64,000 bases of DNA, from assembly GCF_964194025.1 (NCBI RefSeq), contig NC_134481.1:14260001-14324000 (forward strand), in the 5' to 3' direction. A program made the translations under genes and the position numbers. The DNA is from Convolutriloba macropyga (taxonomy: Eukaryota). Below, piece after piece: positions 40,101 to 52,100 of this stretch (positions are counted from its first letter, which is position 1; every line of letters begins with the position of its first letter). Under the pieces are notes generated by a model. It was not told the DNA's origin and did not search any database. It saw only the letters and a list, made by a program, of their open reading frames with translations.

Positions 40101-43100
40101 GCCAAACTTGTGTGCCCTAATTTTTGAGTAATAGTCTTGATTTTTAATATCGAATATTAATTTTGAAAAAGCTCTATTGGGGCTTTTTGCTTGTAGATCA
40201 AATGTGTCTCATAAAAATTACAGTCCGAATCTAAACCAAAAAGTCTAGTGTTCTTTTAAAAAGCTGGTGGTCGATCTCTCAATCTTATTTTTTTAGTTGG
40301 TTCAATTCATGGTAGGCCACAGGCGTCTATCGCGGCTATTTTCCGGCAATCTGCCGGCTTTGTTTGCAATAGCAAATCTGTTAATAACATAGTGGCAAAG
40401 ATCTCAGACTAGCATCCGGGAGGTCGCGGGTTTGAACCCTTCCAATGAAGAAGCCAGATCTCTGCGGCGCGAGATTATAGAATTCCGGATTTTGTATACA
40501 CAGTAAGTTCCAGATTTTGAAACTTGCAATATTCCTGTTTCAAATACTCTGCTGAAGTCACGTTGAAATTCTGGGTTATATCTCGAACCGCTACGCGTAT
40601 CTCGACAACTGTTTGATTCTCAGTGACTTCATCAACGTCACGTAACCTTTCTTTGTGCAAAATTTGAATCTATTCCAAATTGTTCGCAGTGCTCAAATAA
40701 CTAGTCTTAATTAATTTATTATTTGCTCTTGAACGAAGTTCATAGCAATTATTGTAATCGTGTGTGTCTTGTTTTATGCAAAATTTTTGCTTGACAATTT
40801 TGACTTTTCGAGTGACTTTTACGCCCTTGACTACTTGCGTTTAGCGTGATCTCAAATTCTATCTCAATCACAATTTCAAGCAGCTGAATTCAATTGGCGG
40901 CAATTTAATACGAAAAGTCAAATGAAAAGTGCGCCGAAACTGGTGCCATTTTTGCTGTAAATCTTAATAGTGGTATATGTTAACCTCTAATGTGGTTGTT
41001 CGAAGCCCAGTATTGAACTTTTTAGTCCCATTTAGGCGAGACTTCCTTTCTGCTTTAAGGTCAATTGCGTGACTTAACTCACCAAAAAATGACTTCTGAA
41101 ATTACTTATGGAATTTTAAATTTTGTGAACTTTTACTAATTTAAGGTCAATAGTATGCATCTAAGTAAAACCAAACTTGTGTGCCCTAATTTTTGAGTAA
41201 TAGTCTTGATTTTTAATATCGAATATTAATTTTGAAAAAGCTCTATTGGGGCTTTTTGCTTGTAGTTCAAATGTGTCTCATAAAAATTACAGTCCGAATC
41301 TAACCCAAAAAGTCTAGTGTTCTTTTAAAAAGCTGGTGGTCGATCTCTCAATCTTATTTTTTTAGTTGGTTCAATTCATGGTAGGCCACAGGCGTCTATC
41401 GCGGCTATTTTCCGGCAATCTGCCGGCTTTGTTTGCAATAGCAAATCTGTTAATAACATAGTGGCAAAGATCTCAGACTGGCATCCGGGAGGTCGCGGGT
41501 TTGAACCCTTCCAATGTGTTTTTTTTGCATCCAAAACTGTCCAACATGAGCATTTCGTCCAAAGACGAGTCTGCCTATATTTCAATATGCCATTTCTTCG
41601 ATCAGAACCTTCTCTCTTCTTTCGTCTCATATTTTCATCTTTTTTCCTTCAAATTTTAGGACTCCGTTATGGTCACACAATTGTTAGTTATGGTTCGTTC
41701 TCAAATAAGCGTTGTTTCAGCTGCAAAGTAAGCTTGAGACGGTTCTGAATGAAACAGAGGACATTAAAGCGGAGAACTGGCGTGAGTTGCAGGAGCTCCA
41801 GATGACAGTCGAAGAGCTGAACAGAGACCTGAAGATGAAGGCCCTGGTGATTGAGAACTTCATTCCAATGGAGGAGAAAGAGAAACTCATGAGACGATTG
41901 AGATTCAACGAGAATGAGAACGAGTGGTACTTGGTGCCATACGCATCTGCAAGGTACATGAAAAGGGACAATCCTCAACTATGTAGTCCTTTTTTGCCCT
42001 TTAACTCAGTAAGGTCGTCCTCTCAAACTTTATGGGGTTTGAGCTTAAAGCCAATGTAACGACAATTAAGGGTATTTTGCATAACAGCCTTTAAACAGCC
42101 TTTGAGGGGCGGGAGCTGCAGCGAATAGATCTTTTTCTCGAACACCTTTAAATTTTTTTTACTGGCACCGGTTGGTATTTAAAAAAACTGTTGATCGACT
42201 AACGTTTTAAGACTCATTACTTGGTTTGGGTAGTTGAAAACCGAAAAAAAACAACCAGCCCGACTTGTTACTAGATCACCGCTAGATCGAAGAACTTTGG
42301 TGGAAATACAGTCGTCCTGTACGTCAAAGGGTTCGCTAGTTGATCTTTTACTTGTTATCGCTGCTGCGAAGCTGTAAGCTGAGCGTAGCTATATTGCGGT
42401 GCTCTTGGTTTTTTTATTACGACTCGAAGAGGAGTATTGGTTTTCTTATTTTTTTTACCGGAAGTACTATTCGTTCAGACGCTGTTTTGACCTAAAAGTG
42501 AAAGTAAGTAAAATTGCCGTGTGAACTAATTTTTTTCTGAGCGAGAGAAGTTTTTTGATCATGCGCCGCGTTTAGTGAATGATTTTTTGACTTTGAAAAG
42601 TAGTTTTTGACTGAATGGCACATATAGATAACCGTTTTTAGCCGTTTTTTCGTCTAAGTGGTCCATTTTTTTTGCTTTTAATTTAGTTTCTTGTAGAAAT
42701 AAAGTTTATTCGATACTATATTGAAATGTCGACCTCGAAAATTGATGCCACAGTGTTTTGCAGAGCCTGAAAATGCATTTTTCATTTTTCTTCATTTTTG
42801 GTTCTTTTAACCGTCTTTTTGTCAAAAATCCGTCAATATGGCAACTTCCCTTTGATAATTCATATACTGAACGCCTCTTTCTACCTCGATGTAATTTTGT
42901 TTTATAAAATTGTACATATGAGAATCCGATTTTGGTAGATTTTTTCCGGTTTTTCAGATTTTTTGTTTGTATTTTGGTTTTAATTACTAGAAATAGTCTT
43001 TTTGTGCTACCGTGATGGACTTTAATTTCGTTTCAATGAAAATTCAATCATTTTTTGGCGTTAAGTTTTTGAAAAATAGTTAAAACTTTTTCACAAATGC

Positions 43101-46100
43101 AGTCTTAAAAGTTTTTTGACCATTTTTTTGCAAAATGTTCCGATGTTTCGTATTTTCTCTATTTAATAGCCGCCCTCATCTTCTCAGCCGGCTATTATAG
43201 CGCTCCTATTTTTTTTTTACTTCGTCGAATAAAAAAATGTTTCGCTTTAACTCATTTTGCCGCCTTTTCGACATTTTGCGTGAAATCTTTTTGACTTCTC
43301 TAGGCTAGTTTCTCTCTTCTCTCATTCTGCTAAAAGTGATTTTGAACATCAGTTGCTCAGCAAAGCAATTCAAAATGAACAGAGTCAGTATAAAAAATTG
43401 AAGTCAGAAATAGAAACGGGATAAACCCATAAAGCTCAATTTTAGACGCCCGCTATTTGAACGTCGTTCCTATAAGTATTAGTTACCTCTCTGTAATGCT
43501 TATTGTTATTGATAGTAGCCCCTGTAGCCTCTCTCTAAGAAACAGAAGTATGTTCAACTACGAAATGTCATCAAAATAAATCGGACTTAAAAATGTTTTT
43601 GTACAAAAATCTTTTTTTTTTCAATATCTTCTGTTATTTCAATCCCAATCATGCTTATTGGAATCAACGGCGGCTATTTTCCGGCAATCTGCCGGGTATG
43701 TTTTCCATTTTTTGAGTTCTGCAAGAGCATAGATCTTCGTATTGGATGGCTCGTTATCTTTTCTATGTCTCGAAGCTTAATAATGAAAAATGTTTGTTTT
43801 TCTTGATTTTTTTAAATTTGATTTTTAACTTTAAAATCAAGAATGTCTTTTTGTTACGGTGTTCCTTTCACTGTGCCCATATTGTTCACATTCTAGTTGG
43901 TATCATCCTAGTTTCGGAGTGGCACCTACATTTGTTTTCGGTATATTGATTTTGTCAGTTATTAAAAAATTGAATGATTTCAGCTTTTTCTTAGATTTTC
44001 GTCATTTCTCTGGTTTGCGATTGATTTCTTTCAATAAAGTAGTACTGAGAGTCTGCTAGCAAGACTTTTCTAAAATATCCACTTGTTAATGGTTACTGAT
44101 ACTTTCTTCCGGCCTTGGTTTTAGTTAAACGTTTATTTGCCTTTGAATATTCCTCTTCTGCTTATGTCTTTTCTATGATCAAGTTAATTTCTGAATTAGT
44201 ATGAAACCATGTTGTCTAGCGTATGTACAAAGAAGAAGTATATGCTCTTTTTTCATAATTGCAGTGATTAGAAGTGTAATTGTAGTGGTTTTCTGATTCC
44301 TAACTTTGAGCACTCTTTTTTTGAAAAGATTTAACTTAATTTCTAAGATTATTATCTGCCGTTTGCTTTCGCGATCTTTGAGATTAGAATCATGAATTAA
44401 TTATTTGAGGGCAATTGATAGTATCCCTATCAGCTCTTTCAGCCTATCAGTATTTTGACCATGTTAAATATTTCGGACTTTCAACGTTGCCAAACGTTTT
44501 CAATAATATAAAAATTTGCTGCAATTTGTATCTCTTGGTGACAGTGGTTTAAGTCACCAAATTTTAGATCAGACCTGGGGAGGTAATGAGTTAATGGTTT
44601 AATACAAAAGGTAATGGCTTCCCCTGCATTTACGGTTTTGTTTGTGGAGTTCTGACGCTTCGAGTCGCTTCCGGGATTCTTCCGGCTATGTTTTTTGTTT
44701 CGTCGTCTGACGCTCTTTTTTCGTTTTACATTTGTTCACACAGCAAAGCTGAAAAAGTCAAATTTCCTGAATGACTTCTTCCTCTCACTAACGGCGTTTG
44801 CGCGCGTGACGTCATTTCTCACCCGCTTTAGCGAAAGTTTTTAGGTTATTTGCGTGATTAGATTTTGATCATACGTGACTTACCTCACTCAATAAAATGA
44901 CTTTTGCACTTTAAAACTTATCTTTAAATTGAATTTGTTTAAGGTCAAAGGAACTCATATGTGCAGTAAAGGTCCCTAATAAGAGGCTTCTGTGGAATGA
45001 ATTTTAACAAGCTTTATTATCTTATCGCTGAATGTTTTTTAGCCTAGTTTTTTTAGCGGCGTCAATTTTTTTTTTCAATTTAGATCTGTATCTGTTTCTA
45101 TCTCTTATATGGCACGCAGGTCTATTCTTTCGCAGCTATTCCGGCAATCTGCCGGCTATGTTATTTCTAACATGTTATGGACGGGCGGATGTTATCTATA
45201 GCTTATTGTAACAAGTTAAATCTAATTATGCGAATGTGCTACATCAACCGCCGTTATTTTCTACTGATTTTGAGGGGTAGTTGAGATCCTGTTACTCAAT
45301 CTTCTTGAGCCGGCCCGTGTGACTTAAGTTCAGGAGAATCTTTGGGATCGAGAGCTTCCACTGGAAACATCTGCGATGTGACTGTGTACCCGGGATCAAT
45401 GATTCTTACGTCGACCTCTTGAAAAATAAACCTTTTTGCTCAATCAATTTTGGTTTTTCTACATCGGTGAACGATTGGCGTTCAAAAACTTGCTTCTCAA
45501 AATATTTCCATTTCCCAAAAAATTTGCATTTCTCAAAAAATGTCGCCTAAAACAAGAAAATCGTTGTTTCGTGAACATAATTTTAATTTACCACCGAAGC
45601 TAAACTTAAAACACTCACGCGCACATTTTAAAATGCCGAAAGTCTGCAGTGCCAGAAGTCAAAATGCCAGAAGTTGCTAGTTAGCCAGAAGTTGAATTTC
45701 GTTTACTTTCGTCATTAATAGCCGCCCTAATCTTCTCAGCCGGCTATTATAGCGCTCCTATTTTAAATTCAAAGAATTTGAATTGTATTGGGGCGCTGTC
45801 TTTTTTTTAAGATCTGTTCACACATTTTCATGATTTTTGAAGTCAAATTGGAGTAGTGATTTTGGTCACGTCGAAACAGGAAGTGGAGCGAAAAAGCGAG
45901 TGATTTTGCGGCGTGAATATTTTTTGCTCTAATTTTAAAGTAGAGTGAGAAAACGGTGTTTGAACAAAAAATCGCTTTCTCGCTAGTGGATTTTTGTTCA
46001 CATGCGGCAATTTCACTTTCATTTCAACTTTTTTTCGCTTTTTTGATTGGATTTTTTAATAGCCGCACAGCGTTAGCTGGGGCTATTATTCGCCTTCTCT

Positions 46101-49100
46101 TGGTTTTTTTTTTAATTTCGTCGTCATGATTTTTGTTACGACCATATGACGTCACAGCCACTTTTTGTTCATTCGTTCATGCAATTTCAACTGAATTGCC
46201 TGTGTGACGTCATTTTTCGCTCTTAGTGGAGCGAGTTCTTTTGTTCATGCGCGTGATTAAATTTTTGGTCACACTTGACTTACCTCACTCTCAAAAATGA
46301 CTTCCTCACTTTGAAATTGACTTTTATATACTGTAATTCAAAGAGATGAGGTCAAATGGGTGTGTGCCACTCTAAATGAAGGTTATTTGAGATCAGCTAA
46401 TAGAGGCAGCAATAACTTTACAGATTTTTAATCAAAATATAACAGATCAGCCTTCAATGAAAAGACGAATTTTTTTGGTCTGTCTTTTTTACTGTTTTTT
46501 TAGACTGCCGATCTACGAATCTATTGCGGCTATTTTCTGGCAATCTGCCAGCTATGTTTTCTAAATAGTTTTCCCAATCCATTCATAGTCCGTTCTAGGT
46601 CTAGTTTTCTGTTTAGTAATGAAAATTGTTTGAATTGTACGTCAGGACTTGTCCTACTATGTTTTTTTTTACTTCGTCGAACTTTTTTTTCGCTTTACCC
46701 TTTTTTGCCGCTTTTTCGACATTTTGCTTGAAATCTTTTTTACTTCTCTAGGCTAATTTCATTCTTCTGCCATTCTGCTCAAAGTTCTTTTAAACAGCAG
46801 CTGCTCAGAGAGTCAGTATTAAAAAAATTAAAGTCAGAAATAGAAACGGGATAAACCCATATAGCCCATTTTTAGATGCCCGGTATTTGAACTTTTTTCT
46901 CATAAGTTTTAGTTACTATTTATAATGCTTATTGGTATTGATACTAGACCCTGTAGCCTCTCACTGAGAGACAGGAGTATGTTCAATTACGAAATGACAT
47001 CAAAATAAATCGCACTTAAAAATGTTTTTATACAAAAATCAATTTTTGTTTGATTTTTTGTTTTCAATACCAATAGAGTTATGGGAATCAACGGCGGCTA
47101 TTTTCCGGCAATCTGCCGGGTATGTTTTTAAAACGTGCGCGTTTTGTGTTTTAATAATGCTTAATTGACTCTGCAGAAGTCACTTCAAAATTCTGACCTA
47201 ATATCTCGAACCGCTTCGCGGTTCTCGATAAACGCCAGAAGTTCTCAGTGACTTCAAGCAGAGTCACTTAACCATTGCGTCTATGGTCGGATAATGAATA
47301 TCACCATACGGTTGTTATCTTCATCGAGAAGTTATCAGTTTTCGAGACCAAAGCGAGTTGGGAGATAACAACCGCGTGTTAATGGGTTTAAGCAACTGTG
47401 CTTAAGATTTATACAGTTGCATAACTTTTGCCACTTTGTAGATAGATAGTAGCGATAGGAAATATAGTCTAATCCCATAGCAGAGGTTCGACACTGTTTC
47501 GCAGTTTCGCTATGAGTATTCGTAAGGCGTTAACGTTCTTTCATCGATAAGTTACTGAATTATATTATTGCAACAACATGATTAATTAATGGCTCTCAAA
47601 CAAAGGGTTTAGCAGTTTGTAGTCCTGTGGTCTTCGTTTGAGTATCGTAGTATGACGCCTAGTTTTCATTTTAAATTTCACGCCGCAAATCTCCAAAAGC
47701 TGTTTGTTATTTGTAGCTTGATCATATTTTTGGTTTGACCGATGTTTTTTCGTCGAGGGAAAGACTGAAAACCGGAAGGCATAAGATACGGTGCAGATCA
47801 ATTCAAGCAGTTATGAACAGATTTAGCGAATTCGATTTGAATGTTTGACTTGATTTTAGCTCTCCTATAAGGTTGGTGCGCGTACAGCGCTATTTAAAGG
47901 AACTGTTGTTTAAAGTAGTTATGTCGACTGAAATATTTTGGGTAAAGGGTACTGTAAGGCTTGGTTGTATCTTTGCTTTGTGTGACACGTTTGGCTGCTG
48001 TTATGATTGATTTTCTTTCACGACTATTTCAGGGGGAAAATGTGACGCAGAGCTAAACAAATATTGTTGAAATACATCGCAGCCTCAGAGCTTAACTCGG
48101 TTAGGGTGCCAATTTCTCTGCAAATATAAACAACAGACAGGAATTGTCCAATTCCCAATTTATAGATGTTTCTACACAAAGAAATAAATATTTCTTTGTT
48201 GAAAATCCTACCCTAATTAGTATACTATTTGCAGTGTTATGGGTATACAATTTAGTTTCTGAATTTATTGATATTATCATTCTACTTGGTGTTTATGAAG
48301 TAGAAAATAACGGAGCGTTATTTTTTTTTTGAAATATTGGGCTATGTTATGGATGTTGAATCGTTTCAATTATGATAGTTGTGCATCGTGTTTAGCAACC
48401 AAAAAATGGCAAAGCGTGTCATCTCTGCCATGGGATGTAAAAGACCAACCACAGATTTCGCACGAGTGGCGTCCAAGAAGATGGGCAATCCACGCTACAA
48501 AGGAGAGAACATTCTGCAGTTGGAGTTGGAACTGCCAGTGAGGACCACTCGTGACTATCAGGGTCCCACTATTGCCCCAAGAGTGCAAGCTGCTTTGGAT
48601 CAAGCTCTTTTGCCTCAAGAAGGGGATCTGGAGGTTGATGCTGAGTATGTTAATCTTATGCGGTTCATTGTTCCTTTGTTTAGTGCAGTTTTTTGTTCAA
48701 CAGCTGCGTCAGTGGCAATTTTTTGATGTAGCGTTAGCACGAAAAGCCGTCATTCTGCTCTTGTATGCCGACTGTGACTATATCATTCTCCTATAAAAGA
48801 TACCGATGTTTCCCTTCTCTTAACTTCAGTTATTACAAATTAACAAAACTTTCCACTATGATATCAGGAGCTTTTAACTGCATCAACCGCACCATTGATA
48901 GGGAATCTCTCATTAGCGATGTCGTGTGTCGTCAAAATTTGTTCCTGGTTCTGAAGCTGGGAGAGCCAAATTTTTGGTTCTCAAGCTCTAAGGAAAAAGA
49001 AAAAAACAACCGTTTTAAAAAGTAACAATTTTTCCATGCCTTTTTGCGAGCAATTTTTAAATTGCTCTCGAACGAATTTCGTAGCAATTATATTAGTCCT

Positions 49101-52100
49101 GCTGTCTTTTTGTCCAATTGTTCGCTTAATCGATTATTTGTCATTTCACTTTTTGTCCTCAAAAACGGGATAGACAGGGAAATCCCGAAGGGCATTAGCA
49201 TTAAGTCGCTGAGCAGCTCTTTTTAATTGCTCTCGAATGAGATGCAATTATTGTAAACTTGGGTCTTTTTATGCCGATTTTACTTGACCGTTTTTGCGCT
49301 GTTTTTATAGAATAATCTTTGACTTCTCAAGTGACTTTTTCATGCACTCCTTCTTGATTTTTGAGTGATTTCAATTGCTCTCACTCCGAAATGAAGTTTG
49401 TTGTTCAAACGAAACTGATTGTTAGAGATACGATGACAAGGTCCTGATAGCCGATTTGGTAATGCCTCTGTCGAGCGGAAGTAATCGGACTCAGTAGGTC
49501 GGTGTTCGAACTCTACCTTCGTCTGATGCTTTGCACCCATAAATAAACATTTATTTACGCCCAGCCTGTCATTCGAGAGCAATTTTTTCGACGTTTGTTG
49601 GTTTATCTTCTTTTTAGTTCCTAAGTGTACAATTCACCGCAGCTACTGTGGTTACTTAAATAAATGGTGTGAAGGGCAATCACTCCAACCCTGTTCACAC
49701 GCACACTTATCTACACAGACACATTAAAAGCTACAATTTTCTTTTAAATTTACCCCGCAGCTTTTATATTTAGTTTTGAGCCTCTGCGCAAGTTTATCAG
49801 AGCTTGTGGATACATTTTATTATAAACAAGTTAAAAAAATTGATAATTTCTCAGTAGGTTGGAAAATCTTAATTAAAAATTTTTACAGATTTTGAAAAAA
49901 TTGTTTAATTCGTCTCGAACCAAGTTTGAAGCCTTTATTGTAAAAGTGTATATGTCATTTTTTGCAAAATTTTTGCTTCACCATTGTTGCGCTTTTGTTT
50001 TAGAACATTCTTTGACTTCTTGAGTAAATTTTTCATTCTTTAGTTCATTTTCGAGTGATCTAAGTTGCGCTCGCTCCGAGATAAAGTTTGTTGCCAATAT
50101 AAAAGCCGTTGTGAGGAAAAGGAAATCAGAGCCATTGTAGCATAAGGATTAAGAAATGAGACTGCCAACATGGAGGTCTGGGCTTCGAAACCCTGTGGGG
50201 TCGTTTTCTGCGAACCCATGAAACAATTCTAAGCTACATCCACTCTAAATTAAATAGCCACCGTCTGTCGTTCGAGCGAAATTCACTCGGTTGTAGTCGG
50301 TTTTTGTTTATTAATAGCCGCACAGCGATAGCTGGGGCTATTATTGGCCTTCTCTTGGTTTTTTTTTATTTCGTCGTCGCGATTTTTGTTACGACCATAT
50401 GACGTCACAACAACTTCAAATCTGCTTTTTGTTCATTGGTTCATGCAATTTCAACTGAATTGCGTGCGTGCCGTCGTTTTTCGCTCTTACTGGAGCGAGT
50501 TTTTTTTGTTCTTTCGCATGATTAAATTTTGGTCACATTTGACTTACCTCACTCACAAAAATGACTTTGAAATTGACTTTTATTTACTTTAGTTCAAAGA
50601 GATAAGGTCAAATGGGTATGTGTCACTCTAAATGAAGGTTATTTGAGAGCAGCTAATAGAGGCAGCAAAAACTTATACCGATTTTTAATCAAAATATAAC
50701 ATATCAGCCTTCAATGAAAAGACAAGTTTTTTGGTCTGTCTTTTTTACTGTTTTTTTTAGACTGCAGATCTACGAAGCTAATGCGGCTATTTTCTGGCAA
50801 TCTGCCAGCTATTTTAATAATTGCTTCGAAAGCGATGACAGCCATTTAGTTGAGCCATTCTGTTATTAGCCATCATTTAGTTTTTATTACTTGTGGGCTC
50901 TTGTTGGGCTGGATCTGTGAGTCTTGGGTGTTAGAAGGTTGCACATGAACATAAGTTTCTGAATACTGGATTTTTGGTTTGATTATATAAACAACAATTT
51001 TCTTGTTTTGGCACTGTTTGGGTTCCAAAATGTCAAGGTACTAATTTTCAACTGAATTTTGAGTATTAATTATCTTTTTGGGCTGTCTTTGAGTAGTTAT
51101 TATCAGTTTTTCGGGGATATATGAATAATTTCTCTCACACAAATTTTGTAGCAGTTATTAATTGCTCTCAAACAAATTTTGTAGCAGTTATTAATTGCTC
51201 TCAAACGAAGTTTGTAGCAATTATATTAGTCTTGTCAATCTTTATTTTTATGAGATTTATTTTAATGAGATTTTTCGCTTGACCAATTTTTCGTCTGGTC
51301 CATTTAACTTTTTGTTCTCAAAAACGGGATAGAGGTAGCGCCCAGCGGGCATTAAGTGCTCTTAGAGGATTTCAGCTCACTTCTTTCCAAGTATAGGATT
51401 CTTCTTTCCCCCCCTGCGCTCTTTTCAGGCCGTAAGGGCGCCGTGCAGCCCAAAATCGAAAAATCGCCTCCCACTGTTGCCAAAAATATTGTCCCCGCAT
51501 CAGCCCACCTTGATGCACTCCCCGCTGCGCTCACCTCACGCCCCTTCAATTAAGCTAAAGTTAGCCTCACTATGCCGTGGCTAGCTACTGACGAAGCCAA
51601 TCGCTCGGCGGTCGTTTGAGAGCAACTCGCCCGACGTTGGTCGGTTATGTTTTTAGTTCTTCGGTCTTTTTATGCTTTTTTTGCTTAAGTGATGTTTAGT
51701 CTTACCCTTTTGAATTTTGAGCCTAAAAAACGGGATGAACGCGTAATGCCCGGATAACATTAAGTTCTCTTAGAGCCTTTCAGCTGACTAGACTCTAAGT
51801 TGCGTTTCCCCAAAACTTTTTTTGGCGTGAAGGACGACTTTGACCCCTCGCCGCAACCTCCTGCACATCGGTCCTCCCGTAAACCAGAGCGCTCATCTGT
51901 TTGAAGTCAAATTGGAGTGATGATTTTGGTCACGACGAAACACGTTGGATTGTGTTGGTGCGCTGTCTTTTTAATGATCTATTCTCATTTTTCCGACTTA
52001 TTTTGTCAATGAGAAGCCAAATTAGTTTTGATTTAAATCACGCTGGAGAAGTAAAGTGAGCGAAAAAGCGAGTAGGTTTGAAGCCTGTTATTTTTAAATT

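Noticed and set aside
30019-50202. Functional tRNA genes
   Set aside because: A and B boxes are present but anticodon and acceptor arms do not fold properly, and all lie within repeats.
51127-51225. CRISPR-like array of 33-bp repeats
   Set aside because: No spacers, no cas genes, eukaryotic context; the unit is a transposon terminus.
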